This document shows positions 1 to 10,041 of a DNA stretch of 64,000 nt, piece by piece. Location of the stretch: contig CAWIFX010000043.1 in assembly GCA_963835515.1 (NCBI GenBank), positions 118,261-182,260 of the forward strand, in the 5' to 3' direction. Below the pieces are notes generated by a model. That model searched no databases and was not told the DNA's origin. It saw only the letters and a program-made list of their open reading frames with translations. Each line of letters starts with the position of its first letter. Within the stretch, counting starts at the first letter, position 1. The translations under genes were made by a program, and so were the position numbers. Source of the stretch: an uncultured Acidimicrobiia bacterium. GTDB taxonomy: Bacteria > Actinomycetota > Acidimicrobiia > Spongiisociales > JAENVV01.

Positions 1-765
1 GTTCTCGGTTCGGACATCGCCGGAACCGTTGAGCAAGTCGGAAGCGCTGTCGAGTTGTTCCAACCGGGCGATGAAGTCTTCGGCGATGTGATGTATCACG
101 GGGCTGGTGGGTTCGCCGAATACGTGTGCGTCTCGGGAACGGCACCGATCGTGCATAAGCCTTCGGCGTTGAGCTTTGCCGAAGCATCGACGCTTCCCCA
201 GGCGGCGCTCATCGCCCTTCAAGCGCTGTCCGACATCGAGTCAGGCGACCGGGTCCTCATCAATGGCGCTGGGGGAGGAACGGGCGGCTTCGCCGTGCAA
301 ATGGCGAAAACGAAAGGCGCCACGGTGACCGGGGTCGACAACGGCTTCAAACAGGAGTTTGTTCGGTCTTTGGGTGCCGACCACACGCTCGATTACACGC
401 AGACCGATTTTGCCGCGACCGACACGAACTACGACTTCATCTTGGACCTGGTCGCTTCACGGTCGATGTTCACCATCCGACGGGCGGTCGCACCGGGTGG
501 TCGCTACGCATTGGTTGGCGGATCAATGGGAAGGCTGCTGTCGGCAGCCACGCTGGGTCGGCTGTTGTCGACCGGTGGAAGGAGGCTCGGAGTATTCGTT
601 GAGCGTCCGAACAAAGAGGACCTGGTGCGGGTCGCCGATATGGTTGTCGCTGGTGAGCTCCGCACGTCCATCGACAGAGTCTTCCCGCTGGAGGGTGTAC
701 CCGACGCGCTCGAGCAACTCGGAAGTGGTCGCGCACTCGGGAAGCTCGTCATAGCGATGAGCTGA
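1..765 (+). CDS. Zn-dependent alcohol dehydrogenase / quinone oxidoreductase (MDR superfamily), 5'-truncated at window edge
   Basis: Frame is open from base 1 (VLGSDIAGTVEQVG...). NAD(P)-binding Rossmann motif GAGGGTGGFAVQ and C-terminal ...LGKLVI are typical of MDR enzymes. Stop at 763-765. Confidence 0.75.
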   Translation, partial: VLGSDIAGTVEQVGSAVELFQPGDEVFGDVMYHGAGGFAEYVCVSGTAPIVHKPSALSFAEASTLPQAALIALQALSDIESGDRVLINGAGGGTGGFAVQMAKTKGATVTGVDNGFKQEFVRSLGADHTLDYTQTDFAATDTNYDFILDLVASRSMFTIRRAVAPGGRYALVGGSMGRLLSAATLGRLLSTGGRRLGVFVERPNKEDLVRVADMVVAGELRTSIDRVFPLEGVPDALEQLGSGRALGKLVIAMS

Positions 766-783
766 GGCGAGTGTCGGGGCTTC

Positions 784-1597
784 TCAGATTCGATCGATCC
801 AGAGACGCGAGCGATTCTGGATGCTGAATCCCATGTCCTGATAGAAGACCAGGCCTGATCCGACCCATACGGTGCGGATGTACTCGGCCGCAACTCGTCG
901 GAGCGACTCTTGAACTACAGCTTTTCCGAGGCCCATCCGTCGGTAGTTCGGGTCGGTTGCGACGGGTTCGAGGTAGGCGACGTTGTTGTCCGGCACGGGC
1001 CACAATCCCGCATATGCTGCGTAGTCGCCATTTGGTGCCACGGCCACGATGGTGAGATCCTTGCGGAAGTGAGGTGCTTGTTGGGCACGCCGACGGCCCT
1101 CGAGTTCTTGGTCGGGCGGCGTTCCCACGTGGTCGAACCCTCGCCAGAGAACCCGGTTGATCTTCTCGAAGTCGTTGTCGTCGGCGAGACTCTGTCAAGC
1201 GGAATCCGTCTGGTAGTTGCGGCTCTTTGATCGGCTTTTCGATTTGGTAGCGGGCATGTTCTTCGACGATGTCCGGTTGGGGTTCGAAGCCTCGTTCGGC
1301 GACCCGCTGTTCGAGGTAGTTGTCCCAGTCGCTTACGTAGACGCCGAGCACGTCCTGCCCGAAGGCCACAGACTCGCCACCCAAATGCGACTGGGCCCAG
1401 TCGAGTAGTCCGTCGGTGGCTCGCTCGTGTCCTGGGCGGATCTGCAGATAGTTGAAAGCGGGGTCGTCTTCGAAGTGAATGAATCCGACGATCTGTCCGT
1501 CGATCTCGGCGATACCGCACTTCTCGAACGGCAGCCCGTTTGACATCGAGTGATAGTGCAGGTACTCCCAGCGAGGCTGCAGCCAGGCGGACAGCAC
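784..1597 (-). CDS. GNAT family N-acetyltransferase, apparently frameshifted (N-terminal part in frame of ORF 749..1597, C-terminal acetyl-CoA-binding part in frame of ORF 784..1128)
   Basis: N-terminal ~140 aa are coherent (…GIAEIDGQIVGFIHFEDD…) and then become low-complexity out-of-frame text. The second frame gives a typical GNAT C-terminus (…YRRMGLGKAVVQESLRRVAAE…). A single indel near 1130-1200 would join them. Confidence 0.5.
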
Positions 1598-1763
1598 TTC
1601 ACCTGGTCGATAGATCTCAATGAAGAACTGACTGATCCGGTCGTAGTCAGTGTCGTGATTGTACGCTCGAAGCGTGGTTCACCTCCATCGTGATACATCG
1701 AAAACTACCCGCTTGTCGATGCTTCGTGGGGCTCTCGGTTCAGCAACCGGTCGCCAGTACGTG

Positions 1764-2910
1764 TCACTGCAGCTGCGCTGCCCACGTGAGAATGGCACCC
1801 ATCGCGGCGAAGTCGCCCGAGTTGAGTTCGACCTGGCTCATCCAGACAACCAGACGTTGTTGCGATGGGAAAACGTAGGCGGCGGTGCCGGTACCGCCCA
1901 CCCATCCATATCGGCCCGAGATATTCCACGGTGCCGTCGGGGCCAGATCTACGCTTCCCCCGAAACCCCAACCGTGGCCATCGAGGAAGGGGTGGTCGGG
2001 CGCGGATGCAACATGGCCCGTCATCATTAGGCGAACCGCTTCAGACGAGAGAACTTGCTGTCCGCGAAATTGACCGTTGGCCAGCAGCATGCGACCGAAC
2101 CTGCACCAGTCGTCGGCCGTGGAGACCAATCCGCCGGCGCCAGACTGAAACGCCGGGTCGGAGGTCCACTGTCCATCCGGCGGATCGATCAGGGTGAATT
2201 CGCCGGTGGCCGGGTCGCGTCCGATAACTACTGGTCATGCGGTCCCTCGCACTGGCTGGCACCGCGAACCCGGTGTCGACCATCTCAAGTGGCCCCAGCA
2301 CGGTGTCCTTGAGCACATCGCCGAGCTGCGCGTCTTGCACCCGGGACAACAGAACCCCGAGCACGTCGCTCCCTGTGTTGTAGGTCCATCCCTCTCCCGG
2401 CTGATGCAGCAGCGGCATGGTCGCCAGGAGGGCCATCCAATCATCGGGTGGGGGAAACGTCGCGGGTTGGGGTGGCCCCTGGTGGAGGTCCGTCAGAAAG
2501 CGGGAGACTTCAGGGTTAGAGGAATCGGCAGGAAACCCGTGGCCGGCTGTCAGGGTGAGCAGATGGCGAACCGTGATCGGGCGCACAGCGGGTACTACGT
2601 CGTCGAGCGGGCTGTCAGGCTGGCGCAGGACGACGGGATCGGCGAGTTCTGGTAGCCAGTCTCTGACAGGATCGTCCAGACCGATCCGCCCTCGATCGAT
2701 CAGGGCCATCGCTGCTGCTGCCACGATCGGTTTGGTGAGCGAAGCAATGCGGAACAGGCTGTCGCGAGTCATTGGGGCTCCGCCCACGCTCGCCGAGCCA
2801 GCGGTGGCTACCGAGACATCCGACCCTTCAGCAAACAGCGCAACTGCGCCCGGAACGCGACCGGCGTCGACCAGCGCATCGACGATTTCCTGCAGGCTCT
2901 CCACACTCAC
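1764..2910 (-). CDS. Serine hydrolase, beta-lactamase/penicillin-binding-protein family (class C-like), apparently frameshifted near 2130-2230
   Basis: N-terminal frame has the S-x-x-K active-site motif (…FRIASLTKPIV…). The C-terminal frame (ORF 1764..2129) has the typical …GWGFGG…WVGGTGTAAYV… beta-lactamase fold end. The two frames are joinable by one indel. Confidence 0.55.
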
Positions 2911-2999
2911 TCCTGAATTGCTTGGCGTGTCGGGTCCAGGGTCACGGTAACTGGTGAACGACGCTCTAGGCGGCCATCCGGGGTGGGGGCGCCGCTTGG

Positions 3000-4190
3000 T
3001 TATCCGGTATCGAGGAATTCGATGCGGCCGAGTGGTTGGCCGTTGGCTCGATAGAACCTAGGTTCGTGGCCGGTACCCCGCAATGTGAACTTGCCTGCGT
3101 GGATGAGTGAGTGGTGGTGACGACAAAGCAGGATCATGTTGCTGGTCGAGGTTGGCCCGCCTTCCCACCAGGGGATGATGTGGTGAGCATCGCACCATTG
3201 TGGGGGACGATCACAGCCGGGGAAGGCGCACTGCCGGTCCCGGGCGATCATCGCGTCGCGCATTGGCTTCGTGACCAGGCGGAGTCTGCGACCGACGTCG
3301 ATGATTTCTGACTTCGGACCGAACACGATCCGCCGGAAGTCGGCGTCGCAGGCCAGTCGATCTACGGTGTACTTCTCGAGCACGTCCCGTCCGATCTCGG
3401 CCAGGCTTGGATAGTTGTCGCGCAGCGTTTCGGCGCTCACATGAATGAGCATCGTTGGGGTGGCGGGCCGTTCGCCGTCAGACACCACTAGATCGAACAG
3501 GGCAGTGGCTCGACGTTGTGATGGCGTGGATGGTTCGCCTTCGGTTGGAGCGGGAGTAGCAGCCTTGATCGCTTCGATGAGTTGAGCGCCCCGTTCGGAG
3601 TCGAGAAGGCCATCGAGTTTGACCATGTCCTCGAAGGTTCTTGAAACGTAGAGGTAGGAGGCGTTTCGCTGGTCGTCCAGTGTCGGATAGGACGGCAACG
3701 GAGCCGCAGCTTGCTGCCAGTAGGCAGTGGCTTTTCGGAGATCGGCCACCCATTCCAGCGTTTCCGCGATGTTGCACAGTTCCTTTTCGTCGGAGGCGAA
3801 TTGGTCGGGAGCGGATTGTTTGGCAGAGATGAGCGTCCGCACTTGATCGCTGCTCAGCCGACCCAGCTCGGCGAGCTGGCGGGTTCGTGGCATCTCTTGC
3901 AGGGCTCGCACCTCGGCAACTTGTCGCGTTGCCCGGCCACCCGTGGTTCGGAACCGGTGCTTCAGGTAAGCCGTCGTCGAGGTATATCCGTCGGTCTTGT
4001 ACGACTGTCGTTCGTCAACGACGGCGAGGCGACGCTGCGCCTGCGCATGAAAGAGGTCTCCAAGCATTCGGAGATGTTCGTAGCTCGACGTGAGCTCATT
4101 GTTGTTGAAGTCAACGACTACTTCATCCTCGGCCCAGGCCAGGGCCGTGACGGCGACGGCAAGCACGTCATCGTTTGTGTCCTGGATCAA
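3000..4190 (-). CDS. DUF222 + HNH endonuclease domain protein (mycobacterial '13E12 repeat' type)
   Basis: C-terminal HNH motif …CAFPGCDRPPQWCDAHHIIPWWEGGPTSTSNMILLCRHHHSLIH…. The N-terminal DUF222-like region is typical of actinobacterial HNH proteins. Confidence 0.8.
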   Translation of the reverse strand: MIQDTNDDVLAVAVTALAWAEDEVVVDFNNNELTSSYEHLRMLGDLFHAQAQRRLAVVDERQSYKTDGYTSTTAYLKHRFRTTGGRATRQVAEVRALQEMPRTRQLAELGRLSSDQVRTLISAKQSAPDQFASDEKELCNIAETLEWVADLRKATAYWQQAAAPLPSYPTLDDQRNASYLYVSRTFEDMVKLDGLLDSERGAQLIEAIKAATPAPTEGEPSTPSQRRATALFDLVVSDGERPATPTMLIHVSAETLRDNYPSLAEIGRDVLEKYTVDRLACDADFRRIVFGPKSEIIDVGRRLRLVTKPMRDAMIARDRQCAFPGCDRPPQWCDAHHIIPWWEGGPTSTSNMILLCRHHHSLIHAGKFTLRGTGHEPRFYRANGQPLGRIEFLDTG

Positions 4191-4343
4191 AGCCTTCTTC
4201 TGTATCGAACATATGTTCGATTATGGCGCAAGACGATTTTCCTGTCAAGGGGTCTGTTTCGAGGAGATTCCTGAGATAGATCGGCACCCGACAAGGGGCA
4301 TTTGATCACCGATTTCTCAGACGGGATCAGGTATCTTCAGCCG

Positions 4344-6011
4344 ATGAAATCAGGCCCTATCGTGGCAATCCCGTTCGCCCTTCTGTCCCTGTTGGGCGCC
4401 TGCACTTCCGGCAGCAGTTCTGCCTCGTCGACCGTTCAGGAGACGCCATCGTCGAGTACGTCGGTTGCTTCCGCCACCACCACCACTACCGCAGATCTCA
4501 CGAACAACCCAACTGTGCCACAGACCGACAGCAATGGTGCCTTCGTCGGCACGCTGCTCGACGGGACTGAATACACGGTCTTCATTGAACCGAAGCGCCC
4601 GAACGAGGCCATCGGGGGAGTGACCGCCGTGATCGCCGCAGAGCTCGGTGACGTGTCGGCGTTTCTTGAGGTGTCGGTTGAGCCGGAGGCGGTCGAAGAC
4701 TCATCATGGGAGGGCGACACCTATCTTCTGCCGGTCGGCGATTGGACGGTGCGAATCTCGGGCGTGGCACCTGACGAACGAGAGCTACGCCAGGCAGTTG
4801 AATCGATTGACGGGCAAGAGTCGGCGGGTCTGCCGGTCTTGAAGCTAAAACCGCCACTGCGGTGGGCGTCCGACATTGAGACCGAAACAGTAATGCAGGT
4901 TCAGTACTCGACGTTCTCGGTCCGCCGGGGCTGCCAAACCCTGGCAGCCACCTGCAGCGTCGGGCACGCAGTCCAACTTGCCAACGTCGAGGCTTCCGAC
5001 GATGACTTCTTGTTCCTCGAGTCTGGGGCTCCTCGGCCGACTACCGATGCCTGGTTCGTCGACCCGGGGCCGCTCGTCCCACGCGGAGGTCATCAGGTCA
5101 TGTGGACCGGCGAGGAGATGATCGTGTGGGGTGGATCGATCGGAGACACACCGCCGAATTTGGTGGATGGAGCCGCTTTCGATCCAGATACTTCAACCTG
5201 GCGGTCGCTGGCCGCCGCACCGGCCGAAGCCCCTCAGCAAACTGCGGCCGTCTGGGCCGGTGATCGCATGATTGTGGTTAGTGGCGACTCCACCCTCGCC
5301 TACGACGCAGATAGGGACACCTGGGAGACGATCGGCGACGGGATCGACCTCTCGAGTGAGGTTCATATCCGTTGGACCGGTTCGACCGTGGCCGTTTGGA
5401 CGGCGAACGGCATATCGACGTTCACTCCGACGACCGGGCTGTGGACCCAGCTGCCGGATCCAGGGTTCGGTGGGCCGGGCCGTTGGGAAGGTTATCTCCT
5501 CTCAGCAAGTGGCGGTCTCGTCGCCGTCGGTCTGGATGCGCCAGTTTGTTCGGGGCGTCTAGCCGCTAGGTGGAATGGTTTGGAATGGGACCCCGTGCCG
5601 GAGGTCGATCTCACGAACGGTGAGCTGGCGGACTGTGGCTTGGCTAACCAGTCGGGGGTCATCGATGGCCAGCTCATCTTCTGGGAGGATCGTGATCACC
5701 CGACCATGGCGTTCGACTTTCGGACGGATAGGTGGGAGAAGGTCGACACTATCCCGCTGTCAGGTACTGAAGGCGCCTCAGGTGCGATTGAGGTCGGCTC
5801 AGGCATTCTGGTGCCACAGGGGACTCAAGCCGCCTGGCTGCCGAGTGTGGACGCCAGTTGGATCATGCTCGACATGCCAGGACAGGGCTCAGATCTAGAC
5901 ATGATCTGGACTGGCGACCTAGTCGTGATGTGGGGTGCCACATGCTGTTATGGCGCCGGAGACGTTCCCTTCACCATCGACGCCTGGCGCTGGACCATGC
6001 TCGGGCCCTAA
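4344..6011 (+). CDS. Secreted lipoprotein with Kelch/beta-propeller-like W-x-G repeats
   Basis: Signal peptide with lipobox LLGAC|T. Ser/Thr-rich linker. Four or more repeats of the type MxWTGxxMIVWGG / VWAGDRMIVVSG / MIWTGDLVVMWG. The start is taken at the internal Met preceding the signal peptide. Confidence 0.65.
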   Translation: MKSGPIVAIPFALLSLLGACTSGSSSASSTVQETPSSSTSVASATTTTTADLTNNPTVPQTDSNGAFVGTLLDGTEYTVFIEPKRPNEAIGGVTAVIAAELGDVSAFLEVSVEPEAVEDSSWEGDTYLLPVGDWTVRISGVAPDERELRQAVESIDGQESAGLPVLKLKPPLRWASDIETETVMQVQYSTFSVRRGCQTLAATCSVGHAVQLANVEASDDDFLFLESGAPRPTTDAWFVDPGPLVPRGGHQVMWTGEEMIVWGGSIGDTPPNLVDGAAFDPDTSTWRSLAAAPAEAPQQTAAVWAGDRMIVVSGDSTLAYDADRDTWETIGDGIDLSSEVHIRWTGSTVAVWTANGISTFTPTTGLWTQLPDPGFGGPGRWEGYLLSASGGLVAVGLDAPVCSGRLAARWNGLEWDPVPEVDLTNGELADCGLANQSGVIDGQLIFWEDRDHPTMAFDFRTDRWEKVDTIPLSGTEGASGAIEVGSGILVPQGTQAAWLPSVDASWIMLDMPGQGSDLDMIWTGDLVVMWGATCCYGAGDVPFTIDAWRWTMLGP

Positions 6012-6034
6012 CGGGCGCCAGAAACGACAAATAG

Positions 6035-6065
6035 AAGTGGGCCGCTCGATGAGCGGCCCACTTCT
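6035..6065. terminator. Bidirectional intrinsic terminator hairpin between convergent lipoprotein gene and nrdJ
   Basis: Perfect 14-bp inverted repeat GAAGTGGGCCGCTC-GAT-GAGCGGCCCACTTC, 24 nt after one stop codon and 22 nt before the other. Confidence 0.6.
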
Positions 6066-6086
6066 TACACCGGAATTACTTGCTGG

Positions 6087-9000
6087 CTAGCTACACCCGG
6101 TTGTGTCACCACACGTCAGGCAGACGTAGCACGAGCCGTTTCTCACCGTCATGTGGCCGCAATTGGAGCAGACGGGGGCGTCGCCCATGTTCTCCGCCAG
6201 GGCGGCGTCAGCGATGTTGGCCTTGGTCATAGCCGGGGCATGGGCCTCGGCCATTGCTGCGTGGGCAGCGCCTCCACCGTTGCTACCGCTACCCACCGGG
6301 ACTGGCTGGGGAGCAGACATTCCTGCATCCGAGTCGGCGAAAGCGGCAGCTGATTGCACAGCGTCCACATCACGTTCGGCGGCGGCGTCGGTCAGGTCCA
6401 ACTGGACTCCCGCGTCGACAGCCATGCCGGATGGTGGCTCGGGCAGGTCGCCCAATTCACGATCTGGCGGGATCTGAGCCAGGTCGTCACGGTGCAGGTA
6501 CTCGACACCGAGAGCCCGGAACACGTAGTCGACGATCGAGTTCGACATTTTGATGTTCGGATGGCCTTCGACCATGCCCCGAGGCTCAAACGTCTGGAAC
6601 GTGAACGTGTTGACGAACTCCTCGAGTGGCACGCCGTACTGCAAGCCCTTGCTCACCGCAATGGCAAAGCACGACAAGATGCCCTTGAGCGTGGCGCCTT
6701 CCTTCGCAAGATCGATGAAGATCTCACCTAAGGTGCCGTCGTCGTACTCGCCGGTACGCATGAACACCTTGTGGCCACCAATCCGGGCTTCCTGGTTGAA
6801 GCCGGCCCGACGGGACGGCAACAAGAAGCGCGGCGGACGCATCCCGGCGGCGTAAGCAGCCGTTGGCGACATCCCCGCGGGGATCTTGCCCCACGCGATC
6901 TCGGCCTCCTTCTCGATAGCGTCGATGATGTCATCGGAGACGTCATCATCAGCGCCATCATCGGAACTCGACGAGAGCGGTTGTGATGCCTTTGAGCCGT
7001 CCCTGTACAAGGCCATGGCCTTGACCCCCAATTGGTAGGACATCCAATAGGCATCTTCAACCTCTTCGACTGAGATCTCGTTTGGCATGTTGATGGTCTT
7101 GGAGATGGCACCCGAGATGAACGGCTGCGCCGCAGCCATCATCTTGATGTGACCGGTGTGGTGAATGAATCGCTCGCCGTACTTGCCGTTGCGGTTGGCA
7201 CAGTCGAACACGGCCAGGTGCTCGGGGGCCAACCCGGGGGCGCCTTCGATCGTCTGGCGGCCACAAATGTGATCGCCAGCCTCGATGATCTCGGCCCGGG
7301 TGAACCCGAGAGCCTGAAGCATGTCGAAGTCCCATGCCGTGTACTGCTCCTCGGTGAACCCGAGACTGTGCATGGCATCTTCGCCAACCACGAACACGTT
7401 GAAGGCATGCTTCAGTTCGAACACGCCCGGCAGGGCAGATTCGATCCTGGCAATCTCTTCGGTCGTGAAACCCTTGGCAGCCAACGTCTGCTTGTTGATG
7501 GCCGGGGCGTCCTCGAGAGACATGGTGCCGACAACGTGGGTCACGATGCGGGCGATGTCTTCTTCGGAATAACCAAGGTTGCGTAGCGCCGGAGCGATCG
7601 ACTGATTGGCGATCTTGAAGTATCCGCCTCCAGCGAGCTTCTTGAACTTCACGAGTGCGAAATCAGGCTCGACGCCGGTGGTGTCACAGTCCATGAGCAG
7701 ACCGATCGTGCCGGTCGGTGCCAGGACAGTCGCCTGAGCGTTGCGATAGCCGTGCCGTTCGCCACGATCAACCGCCAGGTCCCACGCCGAACGGGCAGCT
7801 TCGAGCATGTCCGACGGTGCCAGTTCAGCATCAATCGGCATGACGTAGTGCGTCACCCCTTCGTAGTCGGTGCGGTTGTAAGCAGCCCGACGGTGGTTGC
7901 GCATAACCCGCAGCATGTTGTCGCGGTTCTCTTCGAACCGAGGGAACGGACCGATCGGCGTTGATGCCACCTCGGCCGATGTCGCATAGGACATACCGGT
8001 CATGATGGCCGTCAATGCGCCGGCGATGGCCCGACCCTTGTCGGAGTCGTAGGGGATGCCCATCCGCATGAGGAGGGAACCGAGGTTGGCGTAGCCAAGA
8101 CCCAGCGTGCGGTAGTCGTACGAACCCTGGGCGATTGAAGCCGACGGGAAGTGTGCCATCGCCACCGAGATCTCCAGGACGACGGTCCAGATGCGGATGG
8201 CGTGACGGTATCCATCGAGGTCGAAGTCGCCCGTGTCCTCGTCGTAGAACTTCACCAGGTTCATCGAGGCCAGGTTGCAGGCCGTGTCGTCGAGGAACAT
8301 GTATTCCGAGCAAGGGTTCGATCCACGGATCTCGCCGCCGGCCGGAGACGTGTGCCACTGGTTGACCGTTGTGTGATATTGCATGCCCGGATCGGCGCAT
8401 GCCCAGGCGGCATCGGCGATCTGGCGCCACAAGTCACGAGCCTTCAGTGTCTTACGAATGCCGCCGGTACGGTTGGTCAGGTTCCAGTCCTCGTCGTTTT
8501 CGACTGCATCGAGGAAGGCCTTGTTTACCCGGACCGAGTTGTTCGAGTTTTGGCCCGAGACGGTGAGGTAGGCCTCGCCGTTGAAGTCGGCAGCGAAGCC
8601 ACCGTGCTGGATGAGCACCCGGGCCTTGTCCTCTTCGATCTTCTTCCAGGCAATGAACTCTTCGATGTCGGGATGATCAACGTCGAGGATGACCATCTTG
8701 GCCGCCCGACGGGTCGTGCCACCGGACTTGATGGCCCCGGCGGCCCGGTCGCCAACCTTGAGGAACGACATGAGTCCCGAGCTCTTGCCGCCACCGGATA
8801 GCGGCTCGCCGCCAGCCCGGATGTTGGAGAAGTTCGAACCGGTACCCGAACCCATTTTGAACAGGCGAGCTTCACGAACCCAGAGGTCCATAATGCCGCC
8901 TTCATTAACAAGGTCATCGTCGACCGCCTGGATGAAGCAGGCATGCGGGGCCGGCCGAGAGTACGAGTCGGGGGAGGGGGTCAGTTCTTTCGTGTCAGGA

Positions 9001-9509
9001 TCGATGAACCAGAACCCTTGGGGAGTACCGGTGATTCCGTACTTGTGGGCAAGCCCCGTGTTGAACCACTGCGGCGAGTTGGGGGCAGCCATCTGGGCGG
9101 CGAGCATGAACTTCAGTTCATCCTCGAAAACATCCGCGTCGGTCGAAGAGGCGAAATAGCCTTCCTTCTCACCCCACATGCGCCATGTTTCGGCAAGACG
9201 ATCGAAGACCTGGCGAGAAGAGGTCTCGGGTCCGGTAACCACGTCGCCGTTCTCATCGCGAGTCAGTTCGCCGTTGTCGTCGGTTTGGGGAACTCCGGCC
9301 TTGCGGAAGTACTTGGAGACCATGATGTCGCCGGCCACCTGGGACCATCCGGCGGGGATCTCAGCCCCCTTCATTTCGAAGACGACGGAGCCGTCCGGAT
9401 TGGTGATCTTGGAGTCTCGTAAGCTCCACTCGATGGCGTCGTAGGCGCCTGACGTTCCGTCAGTGCGTGCCTCGGTGAATCGGCGGGTGAACCGCAATCC
9501 TTCTGTCAT
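6087..9509 (-). CDS. nrdJ: Adenosylcobalamin-dependent ribonucleoside-diphosphate reductase, class II (NrdJ), long form with C-terminal Cys-rich zinc-ribbon
   Basis: 1140-aa product. N-terminal ATP-cone-less class II RNR signature and strong overall similarity to actinobacterial NrdJ (…GIPYDSDKGRA…, C-terminal CSNCGHMTVRNGSCYVCLTCG). Confidence 0.9.
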   Translation of the reverse strand: MTEGLRFTRRFTEARTDGTSGAYDAIEWSLRDSKITNPDGSVVFEMKGAEIPAGWSQVAGDIMVSKYFRKAGVPQTDDNGELTRDENGDVVTGPETSSRQVFDRLAETWRMWGEKEGYFASSTDADVFEDELKFMLAAQMAAPNSPQWFNTGLAHKYGITGTPQGFWFIDPDTKELTPSPDSYSRPAPHACFIQAVDDDLVNEGGIMDLWVREARLFKMGSGTGSNFSNIRAGGEPLSGGGKSSGLMSFLKVGDRAAGAIKSGGTTRRAAKMVILDVDHPDIEEFIAWKKIEEDKARVLIQHGGFAADFNGEAYLTVSGQNSNNSVRVNKAFLDAVENDEDWNLTNRTGGIRKTLKARDLWRQIADAAWACADPGMQYHTTVNQWHTSPAGGEIRGSNPCSEYMFLDDTACNLASMNLVKFYDEDTGDFDLDGYRHAIRIWTVVLEISVAMAHFPSASIAQGSYDYRTLGLGYANLGSLLMRMGIPYDSDKGRAIAGALTAIMTGMSYATSAEVASTPIGPFPRFEENRDNMLRVMRNHRRAAYNRTDYEGVTHYVMPIDAELAPSDMLEAARSAWDLAVDRGERHGYRNAQATVLAPTGTIGLLMDCDTTGVEPDFALVKFKKLAGGGYFKIANQSIAPALRNLGYSEEDIARIVTHVVGTMSLEDAPAINKQTLAAKGFTTEEIARIESALPGVFELKHAFNVFVVGEDAMHSLGFTEEQYTAWDFDMLQALGFTRAEIIEAGDHICGRQTIEGAPGLAPEHLAVFDCANRNGKYGERFIHHTGHIKMMAAAQPFISGAISKTINMPNEISVEEVEDAYWMSYQLGVKAMALYRDGSKASQPLSSSSDDGADDDVSDDIIDAIEKEAEIAWGKIPAGMSPTAAYAAGMRPPRFLLPSRRAGFNQEARIGGHKVFMRTGEYDDGTLGEIFIDLAKEGATLKGILSCFAIAVSKGLQYGVPLEEFVNTFTFQTFEPRGMVEGHPNIKMSNSIVDYVFRALGVEYLHRDDLAQIPPDRELGDLPEPPSGMAVDAGVQLDLTDAAAERDVDAVQSAAAFADSDAGMSAPQPVPVGSGSNGGGAAHAAMAEAHAPAMTKANIADAALAENMGDAPVCSNCGHMTVRNGSCYVCLTCGDTTGCS

Positions 9510-9636
9510 GTCCTTGGTTACCTTCCCATAAATGTCTCTCGCCCAGACCTGGCTCCAGGTCCTCCCTGGAGTCCAAGCCGCCCCGCTGATGCCCTATCTT
9601 CTTATAAGGCCGCCAGCGAGGCGTGAATACCAACAA

Positions 9637-9765
9637 CCACTACATGTAGTGGTTCGAGGGGAAGTAAACCACTGTATATTGGGTGCGTTACGGCACTGTA
9701 ATTACAGAGTTGTTAGTTGTCAACGACCACAAGATGTGGTGGTTCTGAGGCCACAAAGTGTGGTG
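9637..9765 (-). promoter_or_regulatory. Cluster of NrdR-box-like palindromes in the nrdJ 5' region
   Basis: CCACTACATGTAGTGG (9637-9652), CACTGTATATTGGGTG (~9670-9685), CACTGTAATTACAGAG (~9693-9708), CCACAAGATGTGGTGG (~9727-9742), CCACAAAGTGTGGTG (~9751-9765). All resemble the NrdR operator consensus acaCwAtATaTwGtgt and lie 130-260 nt upstream of the nrdJ start. Confidence 0.5.
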
Positions 9766-10041
9766 CCGCGCCGATTCGTGACCCGTTTCCGGTCCACGAA
9801 CCAACGCGGCTGGCACCCGTAGGGAGGTCAACAAATGTTGACGCGGTGCCACTATTGGGGAAGTGTACGACCGGGTTTTTGTCCAGCCCCCCTGGACCCG
9901 ACCGTCGAACAGTTTCCAATGTACGCGGTGACCCTTGGGTCGCGAAAACTGAGGACCAGAAAACTTTTCGCGACCTGCAATTTGTGGACGAGCCTGCATC
10001 CACGACGTTATATCAGGCCTGGATGCACACTCGATGAAGGG

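Noticed and set aside
6150-9450. Many 60-216-aa ORFs on the + strand overlapping nrdJ (for example 8151..8801, 8943..9422, 7149..7586)
   Set aside because: They are entirely antisense to a strongly supported 1140-aa gene. Long spurious ORFs are expected at 65% GC, and their products are low-complexity Arg/Pro/Gly-rich.
9510-10041. Cobalamin riboswitch upstream of the B12-dependent nrdJ
   Set aside because: No B12-box-like (…GCCACTG…) element was seen. Class II RNR genes are normally NrdR-regulated rather than riboswitch-regulated, and the palindromes present fit NrdR boxes instead.
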